A DNA stretch of 61,734 nucleotides, taken from IMG/VR virus record IMGVR_UViG_3300037458_000572, one strand, 5' to 3'. Position 1 is the stretch's first letter; each line of letters opens with the position of its first letter. This document shows positions 1 through 8,702 of this stretch, one piece after another. Made by a program: the position numbers and the translations under genes. The stretch is from a virus. The notes under the pieces were generated by a model. It was not told the origin of the DNA. It did no database searches and saw only the letters and a program-made list of their open reading frames with translations.

Positions 1-127
1 GTCGAAATTATGCCGCTGCTTTTAGATCCTATAAACTCAATATGCTGCGTCGAGTCACCAGCATATCCTGAAACGATTATATGGTTTTTATCAACAAAGT
101 TTGAGCCGGTCGATGAAAACCGAACCA
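1..127. repeat. terminal direct overlap, copy 1 (circular closure of the contig)
   Basis: Bases 1-127 read identical to 61608-61734, giving a unit genome length of 61,607 bp. Confidence 0.95.
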
Positions 128-422
128 AACCGTTATGCCCTGCTGTGAGTCCAACCGAATAGGTTATCGGATTCCCAGCAGCCCCGGCCGTTGGAGTGAT
201 TGACGCGCCCGAATAGGACTTGCTCGATCCCGATGAACCGCCTGAAATGTAAACGGTATCGCCGGCCGCAAGCCCCGTGATCGAGGAAAAGCTCGTCCAG
301 GCATTGGCCCACGTGGTTCCGTTGTTGCTGCCCGTTGCGGCAGAATCGACAAACCACTCTGCGGCAAAAGCGCCCGAAGCAATTATCATGATAAAGGTTA
401 TGCTACAAAAAATCTTTTTCAC
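1..422 (-). CDS. 5' part of wrap-around gene: signal-peptide-bearing right-handed beta-helix (pectate-lyase-fold) protein, putative tailspike/depolymerase
   Basis: The minus-strand frame is open from GTG 422 (GTGA overlap with the stop of 419..1111; alternative ATG at 389) to base 1. It continues in frame across the junction into 61607..59819 (2,211 nt in total, divisible by 3). The N-terminus MKKIFCSITFIMIIASGAFA/AEW is Sec-signal-like. It is followed by FVDSAATGSNNGTTWANAW...GDTVYISGG, typical of beta-helix protein N-termini. Confidence 0.7.
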   Translation of the reverse strand, partial: MKKIFCSITFIMIIASGAFAAEWFVDSAATGSNNGTTWANAWTSFSSITGLAAGDTVYISGGSSGSSKSYSGASITPTAGAAGNPITYSVGLTAGHNGLVRFSSTGSNFVDKNHIIVSGYAGDSTQHIEFIGSKSSGIIS

Positions 423-1111
423 TCGGACCCCCAGCTTGTGTTCTTGCGAATTTCTACCTGGTCCAGCTTGTACCTGATAATCGATGCGCGGGGCGCAATC
501 ATTATCTGATTAATTCCACTGCTTTCGGATGTTGTCCTAGTGGCATCTGCGCTGCTGACCACGTCGCCGCTGTCGTTTTTAATCTGGCATTGTACGCTTG
601 TGCCTGGGATATAGGTTATGTACAGCCAGTATTTACCGTCAGAAAATGTATCGACTCCGGTAAGGCTAGCCGTTGTGTTATTAACTCCGTCGTAGGCGTA
701 CAGAAGCGAAAAGTCTGTAAGATACCAGTAAAGCCAACACCCGGCTTTGGTGTCTCCGTCAAGCTGTAAACGTAAATCAAGGCCGTTGCGCTGATCGACT
801 TGTGATGTAAAATCTATCCCTCTAAACGCTAATCGCCCGTACACCGTTCCCGACGTTGTGGTGAACGTGTCGCTTGAATGCGTAGTCTCCGATGCGGCGT
901 TATAAAGACTTTCGTTGCCTTCAAGCGGCGAGGTGGTGTAATCGTCATTCCACCCTGAAGGGAGCGATCCCCATTGCGCGTCATCGTTGGCGTCTTCGAA
1001 GTCACTATAAAATATAAGGTTGGTTGCAACAGTTGGAGGCGGGCCGGTAACCATCTGAAACCCGGTTATCCAAAAAAAACAGATAAAAAGCGTCAACAAG
1101 CGCAATATCAT
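419..1111 (-). CDS. hypothetical signal-anchored protein
   Basis: 230-aa ORF with a hydrophobic N-terminus MILRLLTLFICFFWITGF. It is packed directly against neighbouring genes. The sequence looks beta-rich, with no catalytic motif recognised. Confidence 0.6.
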   Translation of the reverse strand: MILRLLTLFICFFWITGFQMVTGPPPTVATNLIFYSDFEDANDDAQWGSLPSGWNDDYTTSPLEGNESLYNAASETTHSSDTFTTTSGTVYGRLAFRGIDFTSQVDQRNGLDLRLQLDGDTKAGCWLYWYLTDFSLLYAYDGVNNTTASLTGVDTFSDGKYWLYITYIPGTSVQCQIKNDSGDVVSSADATRTTSESSGINQIMIAPRASIIRYKLDQVEIRKNTSWGSE

Positions 1112-1483
1112 TTAAACCTCCGTGTCCGTCATGGTGATACCCCCAGATAGAATACGGCTTTGAAGCTCTGTGATGATTGCATTTTTATACATCTTGCCTA
1201 TTCGCTTATCTACATCGCCAGCGACAACCTGAACCCTGTGGATACGGTTATATTGAGCATCAGTTTCAACCCCAGGAGTCGCCGGATCGTCTGCGATGTT
1301 CGTAAAGATTGCAGTTTGTTCAACCTTGCCATTCACAGGGACAACGCCGGTGTCGGAGTGCCAGACGTAAACCACATCGATCACTTTGCGGCTGAGGTCC
1401 GTGGTCCATCTAATCAATTCCACCCACGTTGCGGACGGCGGCGCCAGCGCTTGAGCGCTTGATAGATTTATTCTGTCGCCCAT
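1112..1483 (-). CDS. hypothetical protein
   Basis: 123-aa ORF whose start overlaps the stop of the upstream gene at 1483 and whose end abuts the next start at 1111. Confidence 0.55.
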   Translation of the reverse strand: MGDRINLSSAQALAPPSATWVELIRWTTDLSRKVIDVVYVWHSDTGVVPVNGKVEQTAIFTNIADDPATPGVETDAQYNRIHRVQVVAGDVDKRIGKMYKNAIITELQSRILSGGITMTDTEV

Positions 1484-3000
1484 TAGTCTCTCTCCTCGAA
1501 GCTGTCGATTAGGTAGAAAATTTTAAGCCCTACAACCCTTATTGCCTGTGTGCTTGTATCGTGCGTACCGTCGTCGTTGTCTCTTGTCAGTCGAACGAAC
1601 AGCAGATCACCTCCAGCCCCACTTGCCGCCATAGCAGTTTTGTTTTTGACCTTGAAAAAATCGTATTGCGTATCAACCGTTGTGGCGGTTGTTTCTGCGT
1701 CTTCGAAGTAGGCGTTGCCGTTTGTTGTTACCCAGGTATTGTTGATTGTTTCGTCGTTACCGCGTGCTTGGATGGATATTTCGAACTCTATCGTTCCTGA
1801 CGGAGAGGCTTCAGCAGAGAACACTTCGGGCTCAATGAACAGGTTTCCACCGTCCCAGTTTTCAGGCATTACAACCTGAACGTCTATGGTTCCTGCCGCG
1901 TCGGAACAAGCCGTGTAGTAGATATACGGCCCGCTGTTGATTGCGGCAGATGTCACCGCCGCGCAGTTAGTGCCATCAACCCGGAACGCGCCAGGATGGA
2001 CATAGATAGACTTCCACGATCCTGCGGCCGGAATCGTAGCTACGGTAAAGCTGCTGTCCCCCGGTATCGTCGCCGTCCGTGCGTCTGAAAACGCAAAACT
2101 CCATGTCAGGGTGCCGGTGCCGTCTGCATCGGCTATCGGTACGGACTCGCTGATTGACTCCATGAAAAAGGTTCCGTTTACGTCCTGAATCGGTATCCAT
2201 ACCGAGCCTGACCACATGACCTGATAATCGTCCGTGCCGGCAATGTTAGACGGATCCCACCCTGCGGCCTCGTTGTTGGCCCAATAAAACATGCCCACGA
2301 CAAGATCATCCCCTGTCGGCGCGGCGCTCCACACGCGGCCGATCTCATCCCTAACGACCGCCGGATTGACAAGGCCCGGATCAATGTACCCGTCGTTGAC
2401 GGTATCTCCGGGCAGATCATCGATATCACCAACCGCTCCACCAGAATCACAATTACCGTCTGATTTCAGATACCCGGTGCAAGATCCCAATGCCCACAAC
2501 CCGACAAAATCGGTATATGCTGCGGCTGAGTATCCGCTACCATTACCAGCGCCTTTAACCGGCCCAATTATGCCGCTGGCGAGGGAGGATAGGTCGGCAT
2601 CTGCCTCCTGGTAGCCTGCGTGGGTATGGTCGCCGGCGGCTACGGTTCCGGAAGTCGTGCCAATGTCAGCCACTGCAGCAGATCCTAAGCCAATTGCCGC
2701 GCGCTGATCGCTGGCCGACTGTGACACCATTTCGCCGCCCTGAATTTGCAAAAACCCATCAAGCAGTCCGTGGCCTTTCTGCACGATGTTTTTCAGATGC
2801 ACCCGACGGCCGCGGCTGGCCGACACTGAATACATGGGTGCATAATCTTCGCCGCTAGGCGACGGTTCCTCAGTTTGATCGCTTATAGCTGTGCCTTGCT
2901 GGCAAAAAGCTGTGTCGCATAGAACCAACAACGCCAAGCAAGCCGCCGCCAGAAATTTAATGATCACTCCCATTGGATCGTGTCTCCAGTGTCGTCCCAT
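1483..3000 (-). CDS. tail-fibre-like protein with signal/lipoprotein-like N-terminus
   Basis: 505-aa ORF. The N-terminus MGVIIKFLAAACLALLVLC is hydrophobic (alternative start 2973). The motif LGSAAVADIGTTSGTVAAGDHTHAGY resembles a motif common in phage tail fibres. Confidence 0.6.
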   Translation of the reverse strand: MGRHWRHDPMGVIIKFLAAACLALLVLCDTAFCQQGTAISDQTEEPSPSGEDYAPMYSVSASRGRRVHLKNIVQKGHGLLDGFLQIQGGEMVSQSASDQRAAIGLGSAAVADIGTTSGTVAAGDHTHAGYQEADADLSSLASGIIGPVKGAGNGSGYSAAAYTDFVGLWALGSCTGYLKSDGNCDSGGAVGDIDDLPGDTVNDGYIDPGLVNPAVVRDEIGRVWSAAPTGDDLVVGMFYWANNEAAGWDPSNIAGTDDYQVMWSGSVWIPIQDVNGTFFMESISESVPIADADGTGTLTWSFAFSDARTATIPGDSSFTVATIPAAGSWKSIYVHPGAFRVDGTNCAAVTSAAINSGPYIYYTACSDAAGTIDVQVVMPENWDGGNLFIEPEVFSAEASPSGTIEFEISIQARGNDETINNTWVTTNGNAYFEDAETTATTVDTQYDFFKVKNKTAMAASGAGGDLLFVRLTRDNDDGTHDTSTQAIRVVGLKIFYLIDSFEERD

Positions 3001-3206
3001 AGTATTTGTTCACCGCTGGGCTCCCATAGTATCGTATCTTCATCGCCAGCCGACTGCGCCGCCGCCATGGAGTCGCGGTCATAAGCCGGCTTGCAAGCCG
3101 CGTGCGCCCCGCACGTCGGACACCTGTCAACATCTTCCTGTTGGTGGTCATCCTCCACCCATAAGTTCCGGCAGTTCCAGCATATCCGAAGGTCGAAAAG
3201 CGACAT
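2964..3206 (-). CDS. small zinc-ribbon-like protein
   Basis: 80-aa ORF with CWNC...CPTC cysteine pairs. The acidic C-terminus carries ILWE/ILWD/IQWE repeats. Confidence 0.45.
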   Translation of the reverse strand: MSLFDLRICWNCRNLWVEDDHQQEDVDRCPTCGAHAACKPAYDRDSMAAAQSAGDEDTILWEPSGEQILWDDTGDTIQWE

Positions 3207-3243
3207 GGGCTATCCTATTTAGACTCGCCAAACCACGTTTGCA

Positions 3244-3582
3244 CTACGGTACTAATCTTATTCCTGCGGGAGTAGGTGGCGCCGCTGGCCGGGTAAATTC
3301 GAAAGGGACGGCAGCGCTGCATTGTTCCCCCCAAATAGGATCGCTTTTGCATGCCTTGACAGTTAAGCTCGTTATCGCTCCCGCTTCGGCCGCGGTTATG
3401 TCCATGCGTATCGCCCCATCCGGTTGGGCCGGTACCGTTGCGGGAACCCACACTGGACCGGTCAGTTTATAAACCTGCACCCCGGACTGCGGGTCGCAAA
3501 CCAGGAACGGAGCCGCCCATACGGTGGTTGAGACAACTACAGCTACGCTTATGCCCATCAAAACCTTGTTCATTTGGCACAA
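3244..3582 (-). CDS. hypothetical secreted protein
   Basis: 112-aa ORF. Probable start is MNKV at 3573. Signal-like VLMGISVAVVVSTTVWA/AP. Confidence 0.6.
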   Translation of the reverse strand: MCQMNKVLMGISVAVVVSTTVWAAPFLVCDPQSGVQVYKLTGPVWVPATVPAQPDGAIRMDITAAEAGAITSLTVKACKSDPIWGEQCSAAVPFEFTRPAAPPTPAGIRLVP

Positions 3583-3600
3583 TCCTTATTGCTTGTTTGC

Positions 3601-4116
3601 CTACGGGATCCACGGCCGCGCGAACAGTAGGTATAGCGAAAACTGATTGGCCGCCGTGCCGGTGTCCGTAACGGCGATCGTCAGCACATCCGCAATCGGC
3701 CTTTTTATTGGCAAAATGCTGTTGGTGATCTGCGCGACGCCGGTTGACGCCGTTGAAAGCGTAAGCGTGTCGCCCGCGACTGAGCCTATTAGTTGCAGCC
3801 CGCTCGCGGATGTTATTGTCACCGCGCCGGACGTGGGGTAGGTGGCGGCGGGGTTTACCGCCCACGCGGTAACGAGGTAATACCCCATGTATTTGTATTC
3901 GACCGGCAGGTAAGACCCCGCGCCGAACACCTCCGCGTGCGTCAATGTCTTGTTGGTGAACGTGCCATCGGTCTCTGCGATGCAAGCTAGTTTCACCACC
4001 AAAAACGATTGGTTTTGCGAAATCGAATAAAGCGATGGCGTCATCGAAGAGGCCGCATGCGCCCCAACGGCGCACAGCAAATAAATTGCCAATACGATCG
4101 CAACAACCCTTTTCAT
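3601..4116 (-). CDS. hypothetical secreted protein
   Basis: 171-aa ORF with a classical Sec signal MKRVVAIVLAIYLLCAVGAHA/AS. Confidence 0.65.
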   Translation of the reverse strand: MKRVVAIVLAIYLLCAVGAHAASSMTPSLYSISQNQSFLVVKLACIAETDGTFTNKTLTHAEVFGAGSYLPVEYKYMGYYLVTAWAVNPAATYPTSGAVTITSASGLQLIGSVAGDTLTLSTASTGVAQITNSILPIKRPIADVLTIAVTDTGTAANQFSLYLLFARPWIP

Positions 4117-4134
4117 CTCTAAGCTCCTTTATCG

Positions 4135-4437
4135 CTACAGCCTGCGGCGCGTTTTCTCCACTGCATCGCCAAGTCCCATCGCCTGATCCTTACCGCTCTC
4201 GATCCGGCAGCTCTCGATGTCCAACCCGAGCGACCGCGAACCCCATTCTCCGGAGTACGCGCTTATGGACGATACCTTGCCCGTGACGATCACCGTCACC
4301 TCGTCTTGCAGACTGAGACCATCCATGCCTTCCGGGTTGATTTTGCTTTTTTCCGGAAAAGAAAGATTAAGGCTTGGCGCTGGATTTGGCTTTATCCCTA
4401 CCGGTTGGTCCGTGGATTTAGACTTTTTCTCGGACAT
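4135..4437 (-). CDS. hypothetical protein
   Basis: 100-aa ORF in the late operon; no motif recognised. Confidence 0.5.
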   Translation of the reverse strand: MSEKKSKSTDQPVGIKPNPAPSLNLSFPEKSKINPEGMDGLSLQDEVTVIVTGKVSSISAYSGEWGSRSLGLDIESCRIESGKDQAMGLGDAVEKTRRRL

Positions 4438-4459
4438 ATCACCACCTATGTTGGGCTAT

Positions 4460-5065
4460 TCAATCGCTGAATGTTTTTTTGTTTCTGCTTTTACCTGAAC
4501 CCTGAAACCTGAACCCTGAACCCTCTTCAACTTCATCCACCCTCTCGCCCACCGCTTTTTCAGTGGCTGGCGGCCCCTGCATTGATGTTTCCGCCTGCGC
4601 GTAGACGAAATCCCCGAACCGGATGGAGATCGCCTGCCCCCACCAGTCCGGACGCTTGGGGAAAAGGTCCATCCATGAGAACGGCCCCGATGTTTCCTGT
4701 TGGTTACCGCTTGGCGCCCGGGTGTACAAGATTGAATCGAGATCTGAATCTGATCCGGTGAACGCCTGGAAGTCTCCCTGCATCTCCTCTTCCCGCCGCT
4801 GCTTGGCCGCGTAGTACGATTCTGAAATTTCCTTTCCGGCGCGCGTCCACCATGCGATCGCCGCCTTGCGCTGCACCGCCGAGGTCATGATGTCGAACTC
4901 GGCCTCGCTCCTGATGGGCTCTCCGTTGCGGTATCCATAGCTGCCGTTTTCGAACAGCATCACCTGGGCGCCGGATGCGTCTTGCCAGCTTCGAATCACC
5001 ATCACCTGTTTAATTGTCTTTTCTCCGGTGGCGCCGGTTATCTCCACATTCAGCTTTTGGGGCAC
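4460..5065 (-). CDS. hypothetical protein
   Basis: 201-aa ORF with a GTG start. It lies downstream of the capsid module. The C-terminus contains GSGF repeats. Confidence 0.6.
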   Translation of the reverse strand: MPQKLNVEITGATGEKTIKQVMVIRSWQDASGAQVMLFENGSYGYRNGEPIRSEAEFDIMTSAVQRKAAIAWWTRAGKEISESYYAAKQRREEEMQGDFQAFTGSDSDLDSILYTRAPSGNQQETSGPFSWMDLFPKRPDWWGQAISIRFGDFVYAQAETSMQGPPATEKAVGERVDEVEEGSGFRFQGSGKSRNKKTFSD

Positions 5066-5090
5066 AAATCACACTACCTTTCCTTTGCCT

Positions 5091-5135
5091 GCGGCCGGGG
5101 TCTCCGGCCGCTGGGTTTTTTTTTATTTTTTTTTC
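5091..5135. other. GC hairpin (GCGGCCGG/CCGGCCGC) adjoining a long T/A run, 3' of gene 5136..5600
   Basis: Read directly: gcggccgg ggtct ccggccgc tgg ttttttttt a ttttttttt. The T-run follows the stem only on the plus strand; on the sense (minus) strand an A-run precedes the stem. Confidence 0.6.
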
Positions 5136-5600
5136 CTACTCCCCAAGCAGCATGATCAACATCGACGCTGCGGCCGGCGCGATCGTGGACGCCATTTCCT
5201 TCAGCGGGCCGAAGTCGTATGTGGTGTCGATTGCGGTTCCGGAGAACCGCACCACGGTTTCGGCATCGGCGCTGTTCTCCGCGTATGCTCCATTGGCGAG
5301 CGCGCCGGTCGCCGTCGATCCCGTTCTCATGCCTTGGGTGTAGATTATGATTTTGTGGTTGGCGCGGTCGAATTTGTAAATAAACCCGTTCACCGGCTGC
5401 TCGATCACGCCGAACTCGATCGCCTTCTTGAACCCGAAAACACCTATTGCCGGCAGTGGAACGCCGCCGGTGGGGTAGGTTAGCGATCCATTCCCAAAAC
5501 CGACCGATGCGATTTGCATCAGCTTCGGGCCACCGGGGGCGATGTCCCGGTTGCGCGTCGAAACACTGACAGTTACATCACTGGATGCGATAGCCGCCAT
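5136..5600 (-). CDS. hypothetical structural protein (possible decoration/minor capsid protein, by position)
   Basis: 154-aa ORF with AAGGAGA upstream of the ATG. GC hairpins bracket it on both sides. It lies two genes downstream of the capsid gene. Confidence 0.7.
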   Translation of the reverse strand: MAAIASSDVTVSVSTRNRDIAPGGPKLMQIASVGFGNGSLTYPTGGVPLPAIGVFGFKKAIEFGVIEQPVNGFIYKFDRANHKIIIYTQGMRTGSTATGALANGAYAENSADAETVVRFSGTAIDTTYDFGPLKEMASTIAPAAASMLIMLLGE

Positions 5601-5618
5601 GACCGTCTCCTTTTGTTG

Positions 5619-5638
5619 GGGCGGCTTTTTAGCCGCCC
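5619..5638. other. GC hairpin (GGGCGGC/GCCGCCC) in the 5' leader of gene 5136..5600
   Basis: Read directly: gggcggc ttttta gccgccc, 18 nt upstream of the start codon on the sense strand. On the plus strand it is followed by aaatttttatttttttt. Confidence 0.6.
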
Positions 5639-5655
5639 AAATTTTTATTTTTTTT

Positions 5656-5680
5656 GTGGGAGCGGCGTCCCGCCGCGATT
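5656..5680 (-). repeat. 25-nt GC hairpin motif, copy 1 (intergenic)
   Basis: The plus strand reads gtgggagcggcgtcccgccgcgatt. The minus strand reads ATCGCGGCGGGACGCCGCTCCCAC, with stem GCGGCG/CGCCGC. Confidence 0.85.
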
Positions 5681-5744
5681 AATTCTTTTTGGTTTATGTA
5701 CTTAGCCGCCGGGAACGCCACTCGCTCCCGGCGGCCAATCCACG

Positions 5745-6197
5745 CTACGCCGTCGCCACCATGTCGGTCTGGTTGGCCTTGGTCTCCGACAGCGGCTTAA
5801 CCAGCAGCACCGGCTCGAAGTGTCCTGCAGGGCCCGTGACCGGCGCCGTGGTGATCTGCACGACAACCTCGTCCCCGGCGTTCAGCACGGTGCCCTTGGC
5901 CACTTCGTCATAAAGCACCTTGCCGGCGGCGGTCGTGCCCATGGCGAACTCGCCGATGTCGCCGTCGCCGCGGCCAGAATCACTACCGGCGGTCACGCGG
6001 CGGTCCATCTTCACGACGCCGGGGGTCGACCCGGCGCATGTCTCGGTGATGATGAGTTGGGCCATCACCACCTCGCACTTGAACGGCACCAGGATCCGCG
6101 CGACATCGGCGGCAACCTGGTCCAGGTCGATTCCGGCCGTGTCGTCAAAGTCGATCTGCTTCACAACCGGCAGGGGGATAACGTAATTTTCAAGCAT
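5745..6197 (-). CDS. hypothetical protein (possible head decoration/cement protein, by position)
   Basis: 150-aa ORF immediately downstream of the capsid gene, followed by a strong hairpin GCCGCCGGGA...TCCCGGCGGC. Confidence 0.65.
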   Translation of the reverse strand: MLENYVIPLPVVKQIDFDDTAGIDLDQVAADVARILVPFKCEVVMAQLIITETCAGSTPGVVKMDRRVTAGSDSGRGDGDIGEFAMGTTAAGKVLYDEVAKGTVLNAGDEVVVQITTAPVTGPAGHFEPVLLVKPLSETKANQTDMVATA

Positions 6198-6272
6198 TTT
6201 ATTTCTCCTTGTCTATGCGGCGGCGGAATCTAACGCCGCCGGTTATTTGTTGTTCAGCCTTCAGCCTTCAGT

Positions 6273-7232
6273 CTAAGAGCTGGTCACCCGCACGATCTTG
6301 GCCTCGTAGTCCGAAGCCGAATCCCAGGTGGTCGCAAACGCCACGACCCCGTACCAGGCCACGGCCTTCTTGCGCCCGAAGTCCCCCTGGTAATTCGGGT
6401 TGACCCGCAGGTGGGGAAACTCCGTCTCGATTCGGCTGACAGCCTCTTCGCCGAAGACAACTCCCTCGCCGAGCACCGAGCCGGAGCCTACCCCATCGGT
6501 CAGCGCCGCCGTGTGCACGCACTCGACCAGGCGGATGCTTTCGCAGCGCCCGCACTCGGAGCGGAAAATCAGGTCGCCCTTGCGCAGGTACATATTCCAG
6601 CTTTCGAACCGGCGGTCCTGTTTGATTCCGCGCAGGCCCTTGGTGGAAAAAACGCCCACATAGTTTGATCCGTCGTGGAACGGGACATGGATGGTGTTCG
6701 CCATGTAGTCGCGGATCACCCCGAGGTGGTCGGCGTTGATATTCACCAGCGCCTGGGTGGATGGCGTCCCGTCGGTGTCCCACACGCCGCCGGTTAGGCT
6801 CGTCGGGATGAAGGCGACCTTTGCCGCCTTGAAAGCCGTCGCGGCGGCCTTGTCCATGGCGCGCTCCATCTGCCGCGTGAGCTGCCGCTGGGCGCCCTTG
6901 GCCGGGTCGAACTTGGATAGGTCCTGCATGAGCGACGTGTACTCGACTCCGCGCCCCCACTCCTGCACGGTGATCTGGCGCACGTCCATGCTGAGTTTAT
7001 CGATCGGGATGCGGGTGTCCTCTTCAAGCGCCGCGCTGGTGGGGTCGGAAAGCTCGTTGTAGTGCACGAGCGTAATGGACTCGCCCATGTGCTTCCCGAA
7101 TGTTTCTTCCTTGTCGGTGAACGGGACGAAGACCATCTTCTGTGCCGCGGTCTCTAGCAGCTTTCCCGATAAAGCATGATTTTTGTAGACGCCGGTTTCG
7201 GCGTCGTAGGTCCAAGTGGTGGTATTGCTCAT
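6273..7232 (-). CDS. major capsid protein (HK97-fold-like)
   Basis: 319-aa ORF directly after a scaffold-like gene and the portal. Size and sequence character are typical of HK97-type capsid proteins. A GC hairpin follows the stop. Confidence 0.75.
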   Translation of the reverse strand: MSNTTTWTYDAETGVYKNHALSGKLLETAAQKMVFVPFTDKEETFGKHMGESITLVHYNELSDPTSAALEEDTRIPIDKLSMDVRQITVQEWGRGVEYTSLMQDLSKFDPAKGAQRQLTRQMERAMDKAAATAFKAAKVAFIPTSLTGGVWDTDGTPSTQALVNINADHLGVIRDYMANTIHVPFHDGSNYVGVFSTKGLRGIKQDRRFESWNMYLRKGDLIFRSECGRCESIRLVECVHTAALTDGVGSGSVLGEGVVFGEEAVSRIETEFPHLRVNPNYQGDFGRKKAVAWYGVVAFATTWDSASDYEAKIVRVTSS

Positions 7233-7281
7233 TTCCTGTTTCCTCCGTCGATGTCGCCGGCGGCACTATGGCCGCGCCGGC

Positions 7282-8352
7282 TTATAATCGGCGGCGCTCG
7301 TTTGCCCTGGCGATCGCGTCTCCTAACCCGATTGGCCCGCCGGCGGAACCGCCCGCCTGGCCCTCCGGTGCGCTTCGTACCCGCCCGCCTTCGCCCATGG
7401 GCAGGTTGGATGCCTGCCGGGCGCGGGCCTGGATCGCCGCCTTGCGTTCCTTGTATCGTTCGATGGTCCACTCGATCTGCTCGTCGAGGGACAGGCTCCT
7501 TCCATTTTCGTCCCGCGTAGGTGTTGTCAGCGACACCCCGACCCAAAGCTCGTCGTTTGGGTCTATTGCCGCCGCATTGGCGCGCGAATCGATATACTCT
7601 CGCACCTGCTCGCGGCGGACCTGCTCGTCCGCGGGTACTGCCGGCGCTGCTGCCCGGGGCGCATCTGCTTCCGCAGTATAACCATACGTTGTTCCGGGAT
7701 CGCTTGCGGGTTGCTGTCTTTCGCCGCCCGCTTCCTTTTCCGGAACTGCGGAGGGGGAGGGTTCTGGCGATGGTGGCGCGATCGGCTTCCCGTCCTTCCC
7801 GACCGGGTTTATAGTGAATTTGCGCACATCGGAGTCCCTGCGCGCATATATCTGCGCTACCTTTTTGCGGTGCGCCGGGTCGTCCGGATCAAGCGCCTCG
7901 ATTTCTTCTAACGCCTTTTCCGTGCGCTCGGTCATGTACTCATCGATCGCATGGTCTACTGCTGATTGTGCGGCGCTTGCGATCTCCTGCTTTTGACGCG
8001 CGGCGTGCTGCGCCTCGTATTCCGCGATTTTTCTCCGCGCCTCGGCCGCTTCCTGCTCGGCCCGGGTCGCCTTGCCCTGCAGCTCGCGGTATCCGCGCTC
8101 GGCATCTTCGTGGGTTTTGAACCTCAAGGCCACGGGGGGGGCTGCCGCAGGCTCTTCCGCTTTCCCCGTTCCTGTTTGCGTTACGTTTTCATTGGCTTCG
8201 CCCGGGTGGTCCTCGGCTGGGGCCGGGGTGGCTGGTTCTTGAGTTTTCTCTTCGCCAGGGCCGGGAGCGGCGTCGGCATTCCCGAACGCAAAAATATCGG
8301 TGCCGGTCACGATTGGCGTGGTCTGGCTTGGTTGTGCTGCCAAATTACCCAT
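7282..8352 (-). CDS. scaffolding-like protein
   Basis: 356-aa protein, highly charged, with long coiled-coil-like E/A/R/K runs. It sits between the portal and capsid genes. Confidence 0.6.
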   Translation of the reverse strand: MGNLAAQPSQTTPIVTGTDIFAFGNADAAPGPGEEKTQEPATPAPAEDHPGEANENVTQTGTGKAEEPAAAPPVALRFKTHEDAERGYRELQGKATRAEQEAAEARRKIAEYEAQHAARQKQEIASAAQSAVDHAIDEYMTERTEKALEEIEALDPDDPAHRKKVAQIYARRDSDVRKFTINPVGKDGKPIAPPSPEPSPSAVPEKEAGGERQQPASDPGTTYGYTAEADAPRAAAPAVPADEQVRREQVREYIDSRANAAAIDPNDELWVGVSLTTPTRDENGRSLSLDEQIEWTIERYKERKAAIQARARQASNLPMGEGGRVRSAPEGQAGGSAGGPIGLGDAIARANERRRL

Positions 8353-8354
8353 GT

Positions 8355-8702
8355 TCAGCTTGCTTTCTCCGGCGTGGTCTCGCTTGCGAGGGCCGGGATT
8401 AGAAAGTTATAGCGCCTGACGTAGCGCCGGGCGGCTTCGCGCGCCGTTATGGACGCGGCGTCGATCGCCCTTAAAATATCCAGGCACGTCTTTGCCTGGG
8501 GGTCCTCATCCAGTATCGTCGCTATGCGCTGCTCCAACACCTGCACCACCTTGTCGGCTACCATCTGCGCGGCTGCCGACGCCGGAAGCCCCGCCATCTG
8601 CATCCGGTCCATCATCTCGTCGGCGTCCGTGCGCTTTTCGTCGCGCCCGAACGCGGGCGACATGGGCATTCCTGTGATGATGTCTACCGGCGATCCGCTC
8701 AT
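8355..8702 (-). CDS. hypothetical protein
   Basis: 115-aa ORF whose start overlaps the portal stop by 4 nt. Confidence 0.5.
   Translation of the reverse strand: MSGSPVDIITGMPMSPAFGRDEKRTDADEMMDRMQMAGLPASAAAQMVADKVVQVLEQRIATILDEDPQAKTCLDILRAIDAASITAREAARRYVRRYNFLIPALASETTPEKAS

Noticed and set aside
1-127. The 127-bp end repeat as a genuine physical direct terminal repeat of the virion DNA.
   Set aside because: It interrupts a continuous gene, and its length equals a standard assembler k-mer. It is most simply an overlap from a circular assembly path. This cannot be settled from the sequence alone.
6268-6960. 230-aa minus-strand ORF overlapping the capsid gene in another frame, along with similar alternate-frame ORFs throughout (e.g. 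3467..4075, 7229..7546, 38764..39252, 41312..41560).
   Set aside because: The translations are Arg/Gly/Pro-rich and low in complexity. They lie inside better-supported genes. Long spurious ORFs are expected in GC-rich DNA.
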